A DNA stretch of 64,000 nt from Octopus vulgaris. Lineage: Eukaryota. Location: NCBI GenBank assembly GCA_951406725.2, contig OX597825.1:55800001-55864000 (forward strand). The letters run 5' to 3'. The notes below the pieces were generated by a model. That model was not told where the DNA came from and searched no databases. It saw only the letters and a list, made by a program, of their open reading frames with translations. How positions within the stretch are numbered: the stretch's first letter is position 1; each line of letters opens with the position of its first letter. The position numbers and the translations under genes are program-made. Shown here piece by piece: positions 58,681-64,000 of this stretch.

Positions 58681-58801
58681 ACATTATGAAACAAAATAGG
58701 AATATTGAATTGAATGATCGGAATGTTTTATGTCCGACAGAAAGATACAAAATATTAATGATAATTGTGATTGGCTAATAATTGTTTATAATAACTGTTC
58801 A
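58056..58801. repeat. Long-range inverted repeat: arms about 118 bp (76 bp perfect), spacer about 510 bp of microsatellites
   Basis: 58056-58131 is the exact reverse complement of 58726-58801; imperfect pairing continues to about 58174/58684. Confidence 0.95.
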
Positions 58802-59194
58802 CACACACACACACACACACACACGCATAATGCACACACACGCGCGCGCATAATAGCGGTTCACACATGCGCACACATTCGCACAGCCACACACACACAC
58901 ACACGTAGATATTTTTCTCGCATTGTAAGCCATTAGTGAAGTGTTTCTTTAGTTACGATATCATATTCACAATATTTAATGTCATTTTTTGGTATAGATA
59001 TATACACACACATACATACGTCATTATATTGATGTATGTATATACATGTATATGTATGTACATGCGTACATATCTATATTATCCACATGTGTATTTATAT
59101 ATACATGTACACATACACACACATACACACACGCATATATGTATATATATATATATAGACATACATGTATCTACATGTATACATATGTGTGTGT

Positions 59195-59597
59195 GTATAT
59201 GTGTGTGTTTTAGTGTCTGTGTTTATTCTCCACAACCGCTTGACAACCGGTGTCGCTGCGTTTACGTCCACGTCAGTTAGCTGTTCAGCAAAAGGGAACG
59301 GCAAAATAAGTACCAAGCTTCAAGAATAAGTACTGGGGTTGATTCCTTCGACTGATGAACTCTCCAAGTTGGTGCTCCAGCATGACCGCAGTCTGATAGC
59401 AAGGGCAATTAGAAGTCAGAAAATAAAAAAAAGATTACAAGCGTAGTGTTGTTGTAAGAAGCTTGCTTCCTAGCGACATGGTTCCGAGTTCAGCCCCATT
59501 GAATGGTACTTTGGGCAAATGTCTTCTACCATAGCTTCGGGCTGACCAGTCTTGTGAGTGGTCTTGGTAGACGGTAACTGTGAAAGAAGCCTGTCTT
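59195..59597 (+). mobile_element. SINE 3' half followed by SINE 5' half (family of 14205-14605)
   Basis: 59195-59420 is the tail portion ending ggtgctccagcatgaccgcagtc. 59437-59597 is the head portion with ccgagttcagcccc...ttgggcaaatgtcttctac. Confidence 0.7.
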
Positions 59598-59601
59598 ATA
59601 T

Positions 59602-59658
<57 letters not shown>

Positions 59659-59662
<4 letters not shown>

Positions 59663-59951
59663 CGTGATCATCGTGACCGACCAGGCCATCAGATGTTGCT
59701 ACACATTGCTGGTCACAATGCGCTTCGCATTGTTTTAGCCGCTGGCTAAGCGAGCAGGCCAACAGAAGAAAGAGTGAGAGAAAGTTGTGGCGAAAGAGTA
59801 CAGCAAGGATCGCCCCCCCCCTTGCCGGAGCTTCGTAGAGCCTTGGGTGTTTTCCCTCAATAAACACTCGCAACGCCCTGTCTGGGAATCGAAACCGCGA
59901 TCCTACGACCGCGAGTCCGCTGCCCTAGCCACTGGGCCATTGCGCCTCCAC
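59659..59951 (-). mobile_element. Young tRNA-derived SINE (tRNA-Arg-like head)
   Basis: GGAGGCGCAATGGCCCAGTGGCTAGGGCAGCGGACTCGCGG...GGTTTCGATTCCC, then a CpG-retaining non-tRNA body. Confidence 0.85.
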
Positions 59952-60237
59952 ACACACACATATTAAAGGAAAAGGAAACAAAACCAAGGCAGCATGAGCA
60001 TCTCAGGTCATTTAGAATTTAAAGAGAGTAAAGTGAATCAAAGCCGAAGAAGTAAGCTTGGAACCTAACGGATGACCATTTATACCACTTGCGCAACGTC
60101 CCTCTTGGTTTAGATCGGAAGTCGCCAAACTTTTTCGACTGTCGACTCCCTTAGAAACCCCTCCTTCCGCATCGACTAACCTCCTCATTTAAAATATCTT
60201 AATATCCTTCCCTACCATACCATATCTTAAACGCGTA

Positions 60238-61942
60238 GGGGAGACCGGGTCTAGTTGTTACACGGGTAAGTTGTTACAAGCCCATTGTTTCCAACTTCAA
60301 GAAATAGGTGGCACTCGGGTCTCTATCTTGTGAAGGCCAACTCCATAGCACCATGACTGCACATGTGTATTGCACTGGCGGGCTGTCACCAGGAAAGGTA
60401 TGGCTCAAAAAACGATTTTTTACTCCAAAAGTGAAATTTAGCTACAAAGTTATTTCCTTAACTACTAAAGCGCAAGTGGTGTTACTTAAGTTGTTTGTGG
60501 CTCATTAGGAAGTGTTGGAAGTCGCTTTCGATACATGAAGATGTGGTTTGGATGCCATGCATTGCTAGTGCTGTGTACGAGGTAATTCCCAAAAATCCAT
60601 GGCTAATTGTTACAGTGTATCAACTTACCCCAGGCATGTAACAACTTACCTCTTCTATTTCAGTTTAACACGCGGTGCCTAGAAATTACAGAAGGAAGAC
60701 TACAAAAGGGGATACCCCTCCTGATGTCAGGGAAAGAGCCGCCAGAAAAGTTGTGGATGAAATAAACGAATGGAAATCCAAACCAAAGAAGGTAACTGGT
60801 ACAGAAAAGGCAATAAAGAGGAAGGAAAAGTCAACTAAAATAGGTAAAGGCAAAGGAAGCAGCCTCGCAGCAAGCAAGTTGATGCGAGCAGGGCAGTGAA
60901 ACTGTCCTGCACGCGATTGTGCAATGCCTCAAGGTGACTGAGCTCTGGGCTTATGTTGAACACCTGCTGTCGCATTCGAGAAGAGTACAACTGTCGAGCG
61001 AATCTGTAATTAAGATCGTTCCGCCGACCTCCCTGAATAGGGAGGAGCGAGCCTGTTTTCTCTCGGTAGTTGCTGTGGCGAAAGAGGTAGAATGGAAGAC
61101 GTGAGTGAAAGGAATTGCAACAGGCATGTTTATCTCCAGTCTCGAGCTAATCGACTTTTCCGCTTTCCACATGAAACGGAAAATAAGGCTGGAGAAGAAA
61201 TGCCTGTCGCAAAGTGTGTTTCGTAAAAGATGGAAGTCTGTAGCAAGTATGTTGCGAGTGAAAGAACCTGTTTAAACGAGAATATAAAAAGGAGAAAGCA
61301 AAGTCTTCAGTATGAGTATGTGGTTTGTGGGGTCGACCGTGTCCTCCTCTTCATTTTTTGTAAATCACTCATTCTCATTTAATTGTATATATTTTAATTC
61401 TTGTTTATTCTTACTTTTCGTCTCATTCGATACCCTGACCCAAATGTTTGTTTTGTCTGTCCTCATAGTAAATAAAGAAATTGATTAGAAATGCCTTGTC
61501 TGCTCAGATTGGTATTCCAACTCCCTTCCAGGTGAAGAAGGGGTGCAATGCATGATCTGTAAAGACTGGGCACTCACTTACTGTACCGATGGACGACATG
61601 ACTTCCTGTGTAATCTGTGTGGTGTGAAGTTAATGGAGAACGATTCCCATAGATGGCACTAAAACTTGTTTGTTAACATAATTCCGAGTTATCAACAATT
61701 GTAACAAAGTACTCCAGTAAGTGTCACAACGTACCCGCACACGGCGAAAATTGTTACAGCTGACACCACCTCATTAATTAGAACCTGTCTAATTAATGTT
61801 ATGTAATTTCTGATTTTGTTGATGATAACAATAAATAGAGATGTTTTACTAAATAAATCTGAAAAGAAACTCAAGTGCGTTGATTTCTGTGGGTGTCAAG
61901 GCAGAAAAATGATAAAATGTTACAACTAGACCCAGTCTCCCC
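60238..61942 (+). mobile_element. pogo-like DNA transposon, internally deleted
   Basis: TIRs GGGGAGAC(C/T)GGGTCTAGTTGT(T/A)ACA with TA flanks. psq-HTH-like start PRNYRRKT..., Lys-rich linker, and PHD-like CLVC...VQCMICKDWA...C...FLCNLC at about 61490-61620. Confidence 0.85.
60880..61487 (+). mobile_element. L1/Tx1-clade LINE 3' end nested in the pogo-like element
   Basis: C-x-x-x-SETVLHAIVQC zinc-knuckle (zf-RVT-like), then AKEVEWKT...FRKRW; T-rich 3' UTR with AATAAA near 61470. Confidence 0.75.
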
Positions 61943-61999
61943 TACCGGGTATTGATGCTGGCAGTTAAAATGTTAGCTAGAATTTGTATGTACAACAAA

Positions 62000-62292
62000 T
62001 TGATTGATTGATTGATTCTAGTTTCAGCTTATGAGCTGTGGCCATGCTGGGGCACCGTCATTTGGTGTTGCTACTTGGTTTCACTTCACGAAAGCTTTCT
62101 AGCAACTGCCATTTGGTGCATGAGAGAGTTCGATGCAGCTGCCCTCATCTGCCCCTCCTGCCGTGAAGTTGGTTCATCTGGGACACCTGACAGGAAGAGA
62201 TCCAGCTTCATTTTAAAGACATCTGCATCCACCCCATGCAGGTCTCTCAGGTTCTTTGGGAGGATATTGAAGAGCAGTGGGCCTCGAAGAAA
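62000..62292 (-). mobile_element. CR1/L2-group LINE 3' end with (AATC)n tail
   Basis: RGPLLFNILPKNLRDL...VFKMKLDLFLSGVPDEP...RAAASNSL, short 3' UTR with a stem-loop, tetranucleotide tail. Confidence 0.85.
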
Positions 62293-62344
62293 TTCTATTG
62301 AAGATGTCACACTTTTTACATTTAAAACTACGTGTACAATTATA

Positions 62345-63634
62345 CGAGGGGCGTTCAATAAGTAATGCCTCTGACCCACTTGCCGTTGATTGATCTAGCT
62401 GAGATTTTGCATGTGTAATTATTTATATCTCTATAGATTAAGTAGCAAATTACAGCTCCGAACTAATAGTGGTTTCTGATTTACATGTGTTTGAAATGAG
62501 TCAAGTGGGAAATGGAGCCTGTTGAGTGTCGAGCAGTGATCCGGTTTTTGTATTTGAAAGGACGCACACCACAGGAGACTTTTGATGAAATGAAAATAAC
62601 TTATGGTGATGATGCCCCATCATATGACCTTGTAAAACGCTGGCATCGTGAATTCAAACATGGTCGGAACTCTGTGGAAACAGCTCCCAGATCTGGTCGC
62701 ACCCCTTCTGCCATTGATGAGGTATCTGTCCGTCAAGTTGAGGCTGCCATTTTGGAAGATGGACGCATAACTATTCGCCAAATAGCCCATGAGGTCAAGA
62801 TTAGTACCGGGTCTGTGGAAACTATCATTCATGACCATTTGCATATGCAAAAGGTGTCTGCCAGAGGGATTCCCAGGTTGCTCACACTTTTCCTGAAACA
62901 AGAACGCGTCGAGTGCTCGAGGATGAATTTAGGGATGTGCCAAGAAGATGAGTCAAAATTTTTCAAAAGACTGATTACACAGGATGAGACCTGGGTCCTT
63001 CACCATGATCCAGAGACCAAAGCCCAGTCAATGCAGTGGAAGCACCATGCCTCACCTCCTCCAAAGAAGGCAAGGGTGCAGCCCTCCGCTGGCAAGGTCA
63101 TGCTCAGTCTTCTGGGACCAGGGCGGAGTAGTGATGACAGATTTCCTGGCAAAGGGTACCACAATTACAGGAGCCTATCATGCTTCACTTTTGAGGAAAT
63201 TAAGAGAAGCTATCAAAACCAAGAGGCGGGGCAAGATCAGCAAAGGCATCCTCCTCCTGCAGGACAACGCTCCGGTCCACAACTCGCGTGTCGCCAGATC
63301 AGAAGCACAGGCGTGCGGCTATGAACACTTCCCCCATCCCCCTACTCTCCTGAGATTGCACCCTCAGATTTTCACCTCTTCCCAGCCATGAAGTTGTTTT
63401 TGAAAGGAAAGCGTTTCCCAGATGATGCAGCCTTGATTTCTGAAGTCACGTAGTGGTTGGAGGACCAAGCTGGGGTCTTCTATGAAAACGGTCTCCAGAG
63501 CTGTATCAAACGATGGGAGAAATGCGTAACTCTGGGTTGTTCCTATGCTGAAAAAGACTAATACCTGTGCCAAGTTTCGTTGCTCTACTGCTATGGGAAG
63601 TGGGTCAGGGGCATTACTTATTGAACGCCCCTCG
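62345..63634 (+). mobile_element. Full-length mariner element (1290 bp)
   Basis: 37-bp TIRs with one mismatch (CGAGGGGCGTTCAATAAGTAATGCC(T/C)CTGACCCACTT), TA flanks at 62343-44 and 63635-36. Confidence 0.97.
62512..63561 (+). pseudogene. mariner D,D34D transposase pseudogene (irritans-like)
   Basis: RAVIRFL HTH, TQDETW, DNAPVH-34-D (HPPYSPEIAPSDFHLF after frame repair). Frameshifts near 63106 and 63340, TAG at 63451, WxPRLL changed to GIPRLL. Confidence 0.93.
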
Positions 63635-63799
63635 TACAGTATTAAAGTTTCAATGCTTATGAAACTGTTTTCACGGCTAGAAAATGTGAAAAACGCATCA
63701 TATTGTTGGAATATCTTTTATTGAAATTAACAACATCAATGTGAGGAATGAGCTTGGCGCTGACAAAGTACTTCAAGCAGTTCATCTAAGTGAGCTGGT

Positions 63800-63860
<61 letters not shown>

Positions 63861-63861
<1 letters not shown>

Positions 63862-63980
63862 TCATTTAAAGATAGTAGGCCCCTTCATCTCACCATATAA
63901 AAAAGAATTTTTATTTTAAATACCTACTGTTTTTTTTTATATGGTGAGATGAAGGGGGCCTACTATCTCTAAATTAAAAT
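63861..63980. repeat. Fold-back inverted repeat (arms about 40 bp) beside (TA)n
   Basis: AGATAGTAGGCCCC-TTCATCTCACCATATAAAAAA pairs with TTTTTTATATGGTGAGATGAAGGGGGCCTACTATCT. Confidence 0.95.
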
Positions 63981-64000
63981 ATAGATTTCTTCATTGAGAA

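Noticed and set aside
59870-59951. tRNA gene (also 42418-42485 and 37480-37546)
   Set aside because: A/B boxes run into SINE bodies; no proper acceptor stem or terminator.

Overview
This is AT-rich animal (eukaryotic) genomic DNA, most likely Octopus or another cephalopod (inference from the tRNA-derived SINE families and the extreme (TA)n/(CA)n/(TAGA)n/(TACA)n load). It is mostly intronic or intergenic, and nearly all ORFs in the supplied track are microsatellite translations. No rRNA, true tRNA gene or CRISPR array is supported. Recognisable mobile DNA: a full-length but inactivated D,D34D mariner (62345-63634), a pogo-like TIR element carrying a nested L1/Tx1 3' end (60238-61942), RTE, CR1/L2-group, Tc1/mariner and Chapaev-like relics, about 20 SINE copies, and Penelope-like fragments with decayed hammerhead motifs. 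Best leads: (1) candidate minus-strand coding first exons with matching phase-1 donors (49884-50004; signal-peptide-like 30062-30158) plus compatible downstream exons; (2) five fold-back inverted repeats, mostly beside microsatellites, one with a perfect 76-bp stem; (3) an RTE copy with a twin-priming-type 5' inversion; (4) a LINE/SINE shared 3' stem-loop showing compensatory base changes. Gene models rest on splice and start signals alone and need RNA evidence.
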